A DNA stretch of 64,000 nucleotides from an uncultured Acidimicrobiaceae bacterium (GTDB lineage Bacteria; Actinomycetota; Acidimicrobiia; Acidimicrobiales; RAAP-2), in the NCBI GenBank assembly GCA_963850095.1, contig CAWKJX010000012.1, positions 291,737-355,736 of the forward strand. Reading direction: 5' to 3'. The translations under genes and the position numbers were made by a program. Shown one piece after another: positions 54,370 to 62,834 of the stretch (position 1 is its first letter; the number at the start of each line of letters is the position of its first letter). The notes below the pieces were generated by a model, which saw nothing but the letters and a program-made list of their open reading frames with translations, was not told where the DNA came from and did not search any database.

Positions 54370-54507
54370 ATGAAGGTCGAGATCCTGGCCATCCCGCCCT
54401 GGGTCGACCCTGGAAACGTGTGCTGCAAGTGGCGTTTCTCCATGCGCGACGAGAGCGACCCCGAGTACGTCCCGGTCGAGCTCAAATCCCGGCGCTCGGA
54501 GCCCTGA
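54370..54507 (+). CDS. sub-threshold small ORF (45 aa), function unknown
   Basis: Own translation: MKVEILAIPPWVDPGNVCCKWRFSMRDESDPEYVPVELKSRRSEP-TGA. Third positions are about 90% G/C with a natural-looking composition. The antisense track ORF 54267..54485 shares the wobble phase and is Ser/Thr/Gly-rich, so it looks like the shadow. No obvious RBS. Confidence 0.3.
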   Translation: MKVEILAIPPWVDPGNVCCKWRFSMRDESDPEYVPVELKSRRSEP

Positions 54508-54539
54508 GGTCCGAGCCGGAATCGGAGAAATCGGGCGTG

Positions 54540-54817
54540 GGGTAGGTCTCCCCGAGCCGTTACCCCTTGGAGGGATTACTTCGGGTCCGTAGGAAATTCC
54601 TCCGACCGGGGCGGGCTATGGCCAAGGGGCAGCCATTGAAGGAAAGGAGACCGGCCTCGGCGGGCTGGACACGGGGAACCGAAGCCGTTCACCGATGGAT
54701 CCGCCGCGGTGGCAATGGGCCGTCCCGGGGGGCGTTTTCCTCCTCGACGCGCCGTGAGATGGGCATGAGAACGCCGTTCCCCTACCGAGCGAGCGGGATT
54801 CCGCAGGGGGCAACGCC
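54540..54817 (+). promoter_or_regulatory. long structured 5' leader / candidate cis-regulatory RNA upstream of the second Liv-type locus
   Basis: No convincing ORF here. Nested complementarity seen by eye:
- GGTCTCC (54545-51) pairs with GGAGACC (54646-52).
- GGAGGGATT (54569-77) pairs with AATTCCTCC (54595-603), enclosing a cTTCGg loop.
- CTATGGC/GCCATTG form a hairpin (54616-38).
- GGCGTT (54731-36) can pair with either AACGCC (54770-75) or AACGCC (54812-17), which abuts the TTG start.
- CCTCC (54739-43) is complementary (with G.U) to the AGGGGG SD (54805-10). Confidence 0.3.
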
Positions 54818-56323
54818 TTGAACGACGTCACCATCGCCCGCAGCCGGCTGCGGGCGGCCGACTCTGGTCGGCGCTTCTCGAAAGGACTCGGCACGGCGGC
54901 ACTGGCCGTCGCGTGCGGCGCGCTCCTCTTCTCCGGCTGTGGCAGCCGCGCTCCCCTCTCCAGCATCGAGGCGGCGGCTCACCGCCCGATCGTCCGGGGC
55001 TCCGCGCTCCAAACCGACGGCGGCGGTAGCGCCAGTCAGGCGGCCGGCACAACGGGCAGCGCGTCGGCCAACTCGGACGGCACCGGCACGCCGGGCACGT
55101 CGACGCCCGCGGCCTCGGCCTCCGGCAGCCCAACCGGCTCCTCTGTCGCCCCGGCGGCGGCGGCGCACGGCACGGCCACGGCCGGCGGCGCAGCCGGCGC
55201 AACCGGCGGCTCCTCGGCCGCGAAGGCAGGGTCGACCATCGCCCTGGGCAACGTCGGGACCTACAGCGGCGTCATCGGGGCCGTCTTCTCGGGAGCGCAA
55301 CAGACCATCGGCGTCTGGCAGGCCTACGTCAACGCACACGGAGGCCTCAACGGGCATCCGGTACACGTCTACATCGAGGACGACGGGGGAGATCCCTCCA
55401 CCAGCGAATCCGACGTCGAGCAGGAGGTGACCCAGGACCACGTCATCGCCTTCGTCGGCAACCTCGTCCCGCTGACCGCAAACGCCAGCGTCTCCTATCT
55501 CCAGCAGCAGAACATTCCGGTGATCGGCGGTGACGCCAGCAGCGCGACGTGGTGGCAGAGCCCCGTCATGTTCCCCCAAGGCGGGAGCGATCTGGGGGAC
55601 GACCAGGCGATCTTCACCATCAAGGGGGCGGCGGCGCGCGGCGACACGAAGATGGGCGTCATGTATTGCGTGGAGGACCCCACGTGCTCCGACGGTATTC
55701 AGAGCTTGATTCAATCGGGTGGAGGACAGGCGGCCGGCGTCACGACCGTCTACTCGTCGTCGTTCAGCATCACTCAGCCCGACTTCACCGCGAACTGCCT
55801 CGACGCCAAGCAGGCCGGCGCGAACTTCATCTACTTCGCGGGAGACGGTGACAGCCTCGAGCGGATGGCGAACGACTGTGCCGAGCAGGGATACAAACCG
55901 CTGTTCGTCGGCGACAGCATCGCCATCACCGCCAACCTGGCCTCGGACCCCAACCTCAACGGGTTGCTGGCCGGCCAGACAGATTTTCCGTGGGTGGACA
56001 GCTACACACCGGCGCAGGCGACCTACCAGCAGGCAGTCAAGGCCTACGATCCCAGCCTGGCCTCGTCGGCCACGACGGCCGCCGAGTGGACTGCCGGCAT
56101 GCTCGCCGTCGCCGCCTCGAGCGCCCTCACGGCGACGCCCACGTCGGCGGAGTTCTTCCAAGGATTGTGGGGCATCAAGAACAACAACCTGGGAGGCCTG
56201 GCGCCCCCGCTGACGTTCACCCAAGGCCAGCCGGCCACGCCGTCGAACTGCTACTTCATGATGACCCTGAACAACGGCCAATTCCAAGACCTGAACAACG
56301 GGACCACGACGTGTGTCTCGTAG
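54818..56323 (+). CDS. Leu/Ile/Val-binding-family substrate-binding lipoprotein with long Ser/Thr/Gly/Ala linker (501 aa)
   Basis: ORF 54818..56323, TTG start (the only canonical start in frame), AGGGGG upstream. Lipobox LLFSGCGS, about 80 low-complexity residues, then GNVGTYSGVIG...NAHGGLNGHPVHVYIEDDGGDP. Confidence 0.8.
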   Translation: MNDVTIARSRLRAADSGRRFSKGLGTAALAVACGALLFSGCGSRAPLSSIEAAAHRPIVRGSALQTDGGGSASQAAGTTGSASANSDGTGTPGTSTPAASASGSPTGSSVAPAAAAHGTATAGGAAGATGGSSAAKAGSTIALGNVGTYSGVIGAVFSGAQQTIGVWQAYVNAHGGLNGHPVHVYIEDDGGDPSTSESDVEQEVTQDHVIAFVGNLVPLTANASVSYLQQQNIPVIGGDASSATWWQSPVMFPQGGSDLGDDQAIFTIKGAAARGDTKMGVMYCVEDPTCSDGIQSLIQSGGGQAAGVTTVYSSSFSITQPDFTANCLDAKQAGANFIYFAGDGDSLERMANDCAEQGYKPLFVGDSIAITANLASDPNLNGLLAGQTDFPWVDSYTPAQATYQQAVKAYDPSLASSATTAAEWTAGMLAVAASSALTATPTSAEFFQGLWGIKNNNLGGLAPPLTFTQGQPATPSNCYFMMTLNNGQFQDLNNGTTTCVS

Positions 56324-56402
56324 CGCACGCTGAGAATCGGACGGACGTTTTGACCACGGCGACCCGTCCCCGGTGGGGACGGCACGAAGAGGGAGGCGCA
56401 CA

Positions 56403-56702
56403 GTGGAAGTAGGCAAGTGGCTGCGGCTCGAGTGGGACCGGGTGCTGGCCTGGGCCTTCGTCGCATTCGGTGCCATCGCGCTCATTGCCGGATGGGTGGG
56501 TGTGAGCGGCTCGCCGTACGCGGCGTCGCAGCTCCCTTACATCATTTCGGGCGGCATCGGCGGCATCTTCCTGCTCGGCGTCGGCGCCACGCTGTGGCTG
56601 TCGGCCGACCTGCGTGACGAGTGGCGCAAGCTCGACTGCATCGAGGAGGCCCTGCGCGAACGGCAGGGCGACACCGAGACCGGCGCGGCCCTCCTGGACT
56701 GA
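56403..56702 (+). CDS. small two-TM membrane protein (99 aa), unknown function
   Basis: In frame with ORF 56373..56702. The GTG at 56403 follows GAAGAGGGAGG. Two hydrophobic spans: LAWAFVAFGAIALIAGWVGV and IISGGIGGIFLLGVGATLWL. Confidence 0.65.
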   Translation: MEVGKWLRLEWDRVLAWAFVAFGAIALIAGWVGVSGSPYAASQLPYIISGGIGGIFLLGVGATLWLSADLRDEWRKLDCIEEALRERQGDTETGAALLD

Positions 56703-57233
56703 TGGCGCAAGTGGCGGCGGGCGGGCGGCTCGAGCAGAGCCGGTACGAGATCGGCGCGTCACGCGCCGCGCCCGCGCCGCGCCCCGTGCTGTGGCGGGCC
56801 GAAGACCTCCTCCGGTGGGGACTGACGGTGGGGCTCGGTGGCATCGTCCTGGCGGTGTCGTGGTACGTCTGCGCCGGCGACGTCTCGTTCAGCCAGCAGA
56901 TCGGGCCGACCGACGCCGCCGTCGCCGGACTTCTGCTGGCCGGCATCGGCAACGTCGGCTGGCTGTTGCGCGGCCGCCGCATCCTCGGCGAGCGCCGGCG
57001 TGCCCTGCTGCCCGACGTGCCGGCCCGCGTCGGCGTCGGGACGGTCCGGCCGGTCGGCGTGCACCACGAGGAGGAGGAGGAGGCCGGGGCGCTCTACGTG
57101 GCCGGTGACGGCATGGAGCGGTTCCACCGTCCCGACTGCCTGCTCGCGTCGGGGCGTCCCGATTGGACGGCCGAAGACCCGGACCGAGCACGAAGTGGCC
57201 GGCCGCCGACCGTGCGGGGTGTGCCGGCCGTGA
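56702..57233 (+). pseudogene. two-TM membrane protein with C-terminal Cys-rich (HxxDC...CxxC) zinc-ribbon-like tail, one +1 frame break at CCC run 57178-57180
   Basis: The ATG at 56702 (TGATG overlap) gives ...LRWGLTVGLGGIVLAVSWYV...AAVAGLLLAGIGNVGWLL...HHEEEEEAGALYVAGDGMERFHRPDCLLASGRPDWTAED. After an extra C, the tail of ORF 56838..57233 follows: RTEHEVAGRRPCGVCRP-stop. Its TM topology is paralogous to 56403..56702. Confidence 0.6.
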
Positions 57234-57299
57234 GCGCCCTGCCGTCCATGCTGCTCGGGCGAGGAGTCACGACCACGACCAGGACCTCCCAGCGGACTC

Positions 57300-59215
57300 G
57301 TGCGCCGGGTGGTGGCCGTCGTGGCCATCGGGATCGCGGCGGTGCTCCTCACCGTCGTCTTCTCGGTCGGCCCCTACGTCGTCACGGGGATCGCCGACGG
57401 CTCCATCTACGCGCTGGCCGCGTTGGGTCTCGTGCTCACCTACAAGACCTCCGGCATCTTCAACTTCGCCATCGGGGCCCAGGCCGCCGCCTCGGCCTTC
57501 GTCTTCTATTCCTTCCGCGTCACCATGGGCCTCCCCTGGCCGGTGGCCGCCCTCTGCTGCCGTGCTCCTCGTCGGGCTCGGCGGCTCGCTCCTGCTCGAG
57601 CGGATCGCCTTCTGGCTCACCGGCGCCCCGGCGGCCATGAAGGTCGTGGCCACCATCGGTCTGATCGTGCTCCTCGAGTCCGTGCTGACCGGGGCCTACG
57701 GGCAGGCGACCATTGAGTTCAACGCCTTCCTGCCGGCCAAGGGGATCCACCTCCTGGGCGTGAACATCCTGGGGAGCCAGCTCATCGCGGTGGCCATCGC
57801 CGTGCTCGCCACGATCGGGCTCTACCTGTTCTTCGGCCGCACCCGGCTCGGCGTCTCCATGCAGGCCGTGGTCGACTCGCCCACCCTCCTGGCGCTGGAA
57901 GCCACCAACCCGGTCGTGGTCCGGCGCTACGCCTGGGCGATCGGGTCCTGTTTCATTTCGATCTCGGGCATAATGCTGGCGCCGACGCTGGGGATCGACT
58001 TCGACATCTTCCTGCTCGTCTTCATTGCCGCCTTCGGCGCCGCCGCCGTGGGCGCCTTCAGCAGCCTCCCCTTGACGTTCGCCGGCGCCATCGGCATCGG
58101 CATCACCATGAACGTGCTGAGCGACAAAATGGCCGGGCAGACCAATCTCGTCCTGGCCGGGCTCTACACCCAGATCCCGTTCCTCGTGCTGGTGGCCGCG
58201 CTGCTGATCGTGCCGCGGCGAAAGCTCATCACCCGCGGTGTCGGCGCCGTGCGCAAGCTGCGGCCGGCCACCACCTTCTCGACACCCGTCGTGGCGGCGG
58301 GGGCCGCGGGCGGAGATCGCCATCGCCATCGCCATTCCCTTCGTCGTCGGCGCGGCCTACGTCAACCAGTGGACCACCGGGGTGGGCTTCGCGGTGGTGT
58401 TCGCCTCGCTCGGGCTGCTGCTGTGGACGTCGGGCCAGATTTCGCTGTGCCAGATGGCGTTCGCCGCCATCGGCGCCACGACCTTCGGCCATGCCCAGGC
58501 CGCCGGGCTCCCCTGGCTGGCCGCCCTGGCCGTCTCGGTGCTCGTCGCGGTCGTGGCGGGCGGCCTGGCCGCCATCCCCTCGTTCCGCCTCAGCGGCGTC
58601 TACCTCGCCGTGGCGACCTTCGGGTTCGGCCTCCTGCTGCAGAACCTGATCTACCCGACGTTCCTCATGTTCGGCCAGACCGACTCCGTCACGGTCGCCC
58701 GCCCACATCTCCTCGGGATCAACGCCACCTCGGACCGGGGCTACTACTTCCTGGCCCTGGTCATCGCCGGCCTCTGTGCCGTCCTCGTCGTCGGCATCCG
58801 CCGGAGCCGGCTGGGTCGTCTCCTGCGAGGGCTGTCGGACTCGCCCACCGCCCTCGAGGCGCACGGCACCAACACCAGGCTGACCCGCCTCTACGTGTTC
58901 TGCGCCGCGGCGGGCATCGCCGCCGTCGGCGGCGTGCTCATCGCCGGCGTCACCCAGTCGGCGGGCGGCACCCCGACGGGACCGTTCGGGTACTTCAACT
59001 CCGTCGTGCTGCTCGCCGTGCTCGCCTTCTGCGGCAGCCAGCCCCTGCTGTCGCCGGTGATCGCGGCCTTCGTGTTCGAGGTGGTCAAGGTCTACCTGCC
59101 GACCGGCAACACCTGGCTCACCAACTACGAAGGCGCCTTCTTCGGGCTGGCGGCCATTGCGGTGGCGGTGGTGCCCGGCATGAACCTGTCCTTCCTCGGC
59201 CGCCGCGTCCAGTGA
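57300..59215 (+). pseudogene. fused LivH-LivM ABC permease, reading frame broken twice
   Basis: ORF 57300.. gives GIADGSIYALAALGLVLTYKTSGIFNFAIGA...MGLPWPVAAL. A +1 shift near 57552-57556 leads to the 57163 frame: AAVLLVGLGGSLLLERIAF..MKVVATIGL...LLIVPRRKL..TPVVAAGAAG. A +1 shift near 58308-58313 leads to ORF 58238..59215: EIAIAIAIPFVVGAAY...LCQMAFAAIGATT.... It is colinear with the intact 677-aa paralogue at 8039..10072. Confidence 0.8.
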
Positions 59216-59307
59216 GCGCCAGGGCCGGAGCCCGGTCACGAGCCGCGGGCAGAACGGCCCTGCTCACGCCGGGCTTCGGTGCCCCTGGCCACGCAGGGGG
59301 TCCGCTC

Positions 59308-60130
59308 ATGACCGAGCGCCTCCCCGACCTCGCCGTCGAACACCTGACCGTGCGGTTCGGCGGGCTGGTGGCGGTCGACGACGTGACCCTGCACGCGCCC
59401 GAGGGGACCATCACCGGCCTCATCGGCCCCAACGGGGCGGGCAAGACCACGACGTTCAACGCCTGCGCCGGCGTGGTCCCGGCCGCCGGGAAGATCCGGC
59501 TGGGCGACCAGGACCTGGGTCACCTGTCCACGCCGGGGCGTGCCGCGCACGGGCTCGGAAGGACGTTCCAGCGGATGGAGCTGTTCGACTCCATGACCGT
59601 GGCGGAGAACGTGGCCCTCGGTCCGGAGGCCTTCTTCGCGGCACGGCGCCCATGGAGCCAGATCTCCGGAGGCCGCCGCGAGCGGCGCCAGGTCGCCGAG
59701 CGATCGCGGACGTCAATGGAGCGGTGCGGAATAGAGACGCTGGCGGCGTCGCGTGCGGGCGACCTCTCCACCGGGCAACGACGGCTGGTCGAGCTCGCCC
59801 GCGCCATGGCGACCCCCTTTCGCTTCCTGCTCCTCGACGAGCCGTCCTCGGGTCTCGACGTGCGCGAGACCGAGCGCTTCGGCGAAATCGTCAGCAGTTT
59901 CGTCGAGGAGACGGGCACCGGCATCCTCCTGGTCGAGCACGACATGGCGCTGGTCGCCTCGGTGTGCCGGTACATCTACGTTCTCGACTTCGGCAACCTG
60001 ATCTTCAACGGAACGACCTCCGAGGTCCTGTCCTCCGAGGTCGTGCGGGCGGCCTATCTCGGGTCGGACACGCCTCAACTCGAGGTGTTCGACACCCGCC
60101 GACGGAGGGGAGCTGGCGTCGCATGCTTGA
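59308..60130 (+). CDS. livG: LivG-like ABC transporter ATP-binding protein, no in-frame stop before 60318 as sequenced
   Basis: The ATG at 59308 in the 57163..60318 frame gives MTERLPDLAVEHLTVRFGGLVAV..GPNGAGKTTTF..LSTGQRRLVELARAM..LLLDEPSSGLD..AAYLGSDTPQLEVFDT. Removing one C from the CCC run (60095-97) gives ..FDTADGGELASHA-TGA at 60128-60130, overlapping the livF ATG (60123) by 8 nt. Confidence 0.75.
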
Positions 60131-60822
60131 GCTCCGCCAGGTCTGCGCCGGCTACGGCAGCGGCAAAGTCCTCCAGCACGTCGACCTGGTCGTACCCGAC
60201 GGTGCGGTGGTGGCCCTCCTCGGCCCCAACGGCGCCGGGAAGACGACGCTGCTCAAAGTGGCCTCGGGGCTGCTCAGACCCTCGTCGGGCCACGTGGTCT
60301 TCGACGGCGCGGACGTGACCTCGGCCACCCCCTACGAGCTGGCCCGCCTCGGCATCTGCCACGTCCCCGAAGGCCGCGGTGTCTTCCCGACGCTCTCGGT
60401 GGCCGACAACCTCCGACTGCAGGCGCCGCCGTCGGTGGATCGTCGGCGCGGTGGAGCGTGCCGCCTCGGTCTTCCCCCGGCTCGGGCAGCGCCGGAGCCA
60501 GCTCGCGGGCACCCTTTCGGGCGGGGAGCAGCAGATGCTGGCCCTGGCCCGGGCGTACGTCGGAAATGCGACCACGGTGCTCCTCGACGAGGTCTCCATG
60601 GGCCTGGCGCCGAAGATCGTCGACGAGATCTTCGAGTACCTGCGCCGCCTGGCGTCGGAGGGCCTCTCCCTGCTCGTCGTCGAGCAGTACGTGGCCCGGG
60701 CCCTCGAACTGGCGGACTACGTCTACATCCTGAACCGCGGGCAGATCCGCTTTGCGGGCGAGCCGTCGGAGGTCAGGGACGAGACCGTGCTCGAGTCCTA
60801 TCTCGGGGCGCTGGCATCGTGA
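60123..60822 (+). pseudogene. livF: LivF-like ABC transporter ATP-binding protein, one +1 frame break near 60432-60440
   Basis: The ATG at 60123 (GGAGGGGAG upstream) gives MLELRQVCAGYGSGKVLQHVDLVVPDGAVVALLGPNGAGKTTLL...ADNLRLQAPPSV. After the shift, IVGAVERAASVFPRLGQRRSQLAGTLSGGEQQMLALARAY...LLDEVSMGLAP... follows (ORF 60379..60822). Confidence 0.8.
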
Positions 60823-62241
60823 GGCGACCCGTCCTCGGCCGGCGGACCACCCTCGTCACGCGGCTGCGTCCAACTGGGCGCGGTGGCCGCCCTCGGCGTG
60901 GGCATCGGCGGCCTCGTGGTGACCTCGGGCGCCGGCGCGCAGGAACGAGACTCCGGCACCACGACGACCACGACCGCCAGCAACCCCAACACCTACAACC
61001 TCTCCGCCCTGGCCAACGCACTCGACGTCCTGGTGACCGACCCGTCGGCGCCCCTCTCGGGTGACCTGGCCTACGAGCTCGGCCCGTGGGGCGCCTCTTC
61101 CACCATCGACAGCCTCGGTGAGTCCATGTCGGACGCGGGGGCGCCGTACTCGCCCTCCGTCGCCTCGCTCCCCGGGACGGTGAACGGCATCGGCGACGGC
61201 AACGTCCCGCCCCTCCCGCCGATCCCCGGCTACGTCTCCGCCAGCTACCCGAGCACCCCGACCAACAGCCAGACCCAAGGCGGGTACCAAATCACCTCCA
61301 GCGCCTCCGCCAGCAGCGCCAAGGGCACGGTCAGCCTGGGAGCACAGCCGAGCGGGTCCCAGAACAGCACGTTCTTCGCCTCCGCCGAGACGACGGCCAA
61401 CGGTGACGGCAGCGTCTCCGTCGACGCCTCGGCCGGCATGGACGCCCTCGACTTCGGTCAGCTCTTCGACCTCGGCAACGTCTCCTCGACGCTGTCGATG
61501 ACCCAGCAGTCGAACCAGGAGCCGACGGTGACGTCGCAGACGAACCTGGGCACCATCACCCTGCTGGGTCAGGCGTCAGGGCTGAACGCGGTGGGGGTGA
61601 GCGCGCTCGGTCAAGGCACTCCCATCGACATCAACAGCGCGGTGCTCGGCGCCCTCAATTCGCTCCTTTCGGGTGCGGGCATCACGTTCACCTACGTTCC
61701 CGAGACGTTCACCTACACCGACGGCACCAGCAGCACCGGCTCGAGCCCCGAGACCGGCAAGACACTGCAGTCGATCGACTCGGGTGCCCTGCAGGTGGCG
61801 GAGACCCAGAACTTGCCGTCACAGGGCCAGACGACCGTGACGCTCACCCTCGGCCGGGTGTACGTCTCGACGACGGACACCCCCGGTATCGGGCCGACCA
61901 CGGGAAACAGCGGGACGATCGGCAACACCGGGACCACCGGGAACACCGGGAGCGCCGTAACAACGACCGCGCCTTCGTCCTCCAGCTCGTTGGGGAACAC
62001 CGGAGCGGTGAGCGGCGCCTCGGCCCTCCCCTCCTCGAGCACGCCAGGCAGCAGCCCCCCGTCGTCGGCCAGCACTCCGCCGCGCACGCTCCAGACGTCA
62101 CCCGCCTTCGCGGTGGAGGAAGGCCCGCCTGCCCAGAGCCTGTACCTGGTCCTGGTGCTGGGCGCGCTGGCCATGCTGCTCGGGACACAAGCAGTGCGTT
62201 ACCTGGCCGTACGCCTCGCGTTGAGCGGTCGAACGCAATGA
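60819..62241 (+). pseudogene. secreted Ser/Thr/Gly-rich protein with C-terminal TM anchor, probable +1 frame break in the signal peptide (about 60876-60880)
   Basis: The GTG at 60819 overlaps the livF stop (GTGA) and gives MRRPVLGRRTTLVTRLRPTG. After an extra G, ORF 60883..62241 follows: AVAALGVGIGGLVVTSGAGAQERDSGTTTTTT.... Near the C-terminus are TTGNSGTIGNTGTTGNTGS repeats, a Ser/Pro-rich stretch and a hydrophobic anchor LYLVLVLGALAMLLG. I recognise no family. Confidence 0.55.
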
Positions 62242-62275
62242 AGGGACCACGAACCCGATCGGGAGGCGATACGCA

Positions 62276-62833
62276 GTGAGCCCAAGAAGAGCAATCCGTC
62301 GTCCGAGCTGGCTCCGCCACCGGGTGCCGAGCGCCCTGTGCATGACCGCGCTTGGTATCGCCCTGGCCGTCGGGGGCGCATCCGCTGGCTCGGCGTCGGC
62401 GTCCACTGGCAACTCCGGCAATTCCGGCAACACGGGCAACACGGGCTCGGGGAGTGGGGCCGCCGTCGTGACCCCGCTGCTGAAATTCTTCGAGTTCGGC
62501 AACACAATCGGCCTCCCCCTGCTGTGCAGCGACGCTGGTTCGATCGTGTCCATCTTCGGGGCCCAGTCGGGTACGGCCGCCGCGACCTCGCTCATCGTCA
62601 CCGAATTGGACAGCGAGTGCTCACAACTCGCCTCTCAGGGCTCGACCTACCTGCAGCAGGCCATCAGCGAGAGTGAGTCCCTGGAGCTGATCAATCCCTA
62701 CGTCGACCCGCTCATCGGCGACCTCTCCACTGGGCTGAGCACCGTCGGCAACCAGTACGGCTCGTCCCTGGCTCCGTTCGGGCCGACGGTGGCCGGACTC
62801 GGCGGCACGGTCGCGTTCTTCGAAGGTACCTGA
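62276..62833 (+). CDS. secreted protein, unknown function (185 aa)
   Basis: ORF 62276..62833. The GTG follows GGGAGG. Signal MSPRRAIRRPSWLRHRVPSALCMTALGIALAVGGASAGSASA, then STGNSGNSGNTGNTGSGSG, then a globular part. Confidence 0.65.
   Translation: MSPRRAIRRPSWLRHRVPSALCMTALGIALAVGGASAGSASASTGNSGNSGNTGNTGSGSGAAVVTPLLKFFEFGNTIGLPLLCSDAGSIVSIFGAQSGTAAATSLIVTELDSECSQLASQGSTYLQQAISESESLELINPYVDPLIGDLSTGLSTVGNQYGSSLAPFGPTVAGLGGTVAFFEGT
62408..62446 (+). repeat. 9-bp tandem repeat (GGCAAYNCS)x4 encoding GN[ST] triplets
   Basis: ggcaactcc ggcaattcc ggcaacacg ggcaacacg ggc, read directly in the sequence. A related 18-nt periodic GN-x-G-x-x stretch lies at about 61897-61953 in the preceding gene. 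Confidence 0.8.
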
Positions 62834-62834
62834 G

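Noticed and set aside
54540-54817. Assignment of the leader to a known riboswitch class (cobalamin B12 box, ykkC/guanidine-ppGpp, glycine, SAM-IV, ydaO).
   Set aside because: Only fragmentary resemblances are present (GGAGACCGGCC, GGGUCCGUAGGA, ACACGGGGAAC, CCAAGGGGCAGCC). None of the full conserved cores I remember is there. I report it only as an unclassified structured leader.
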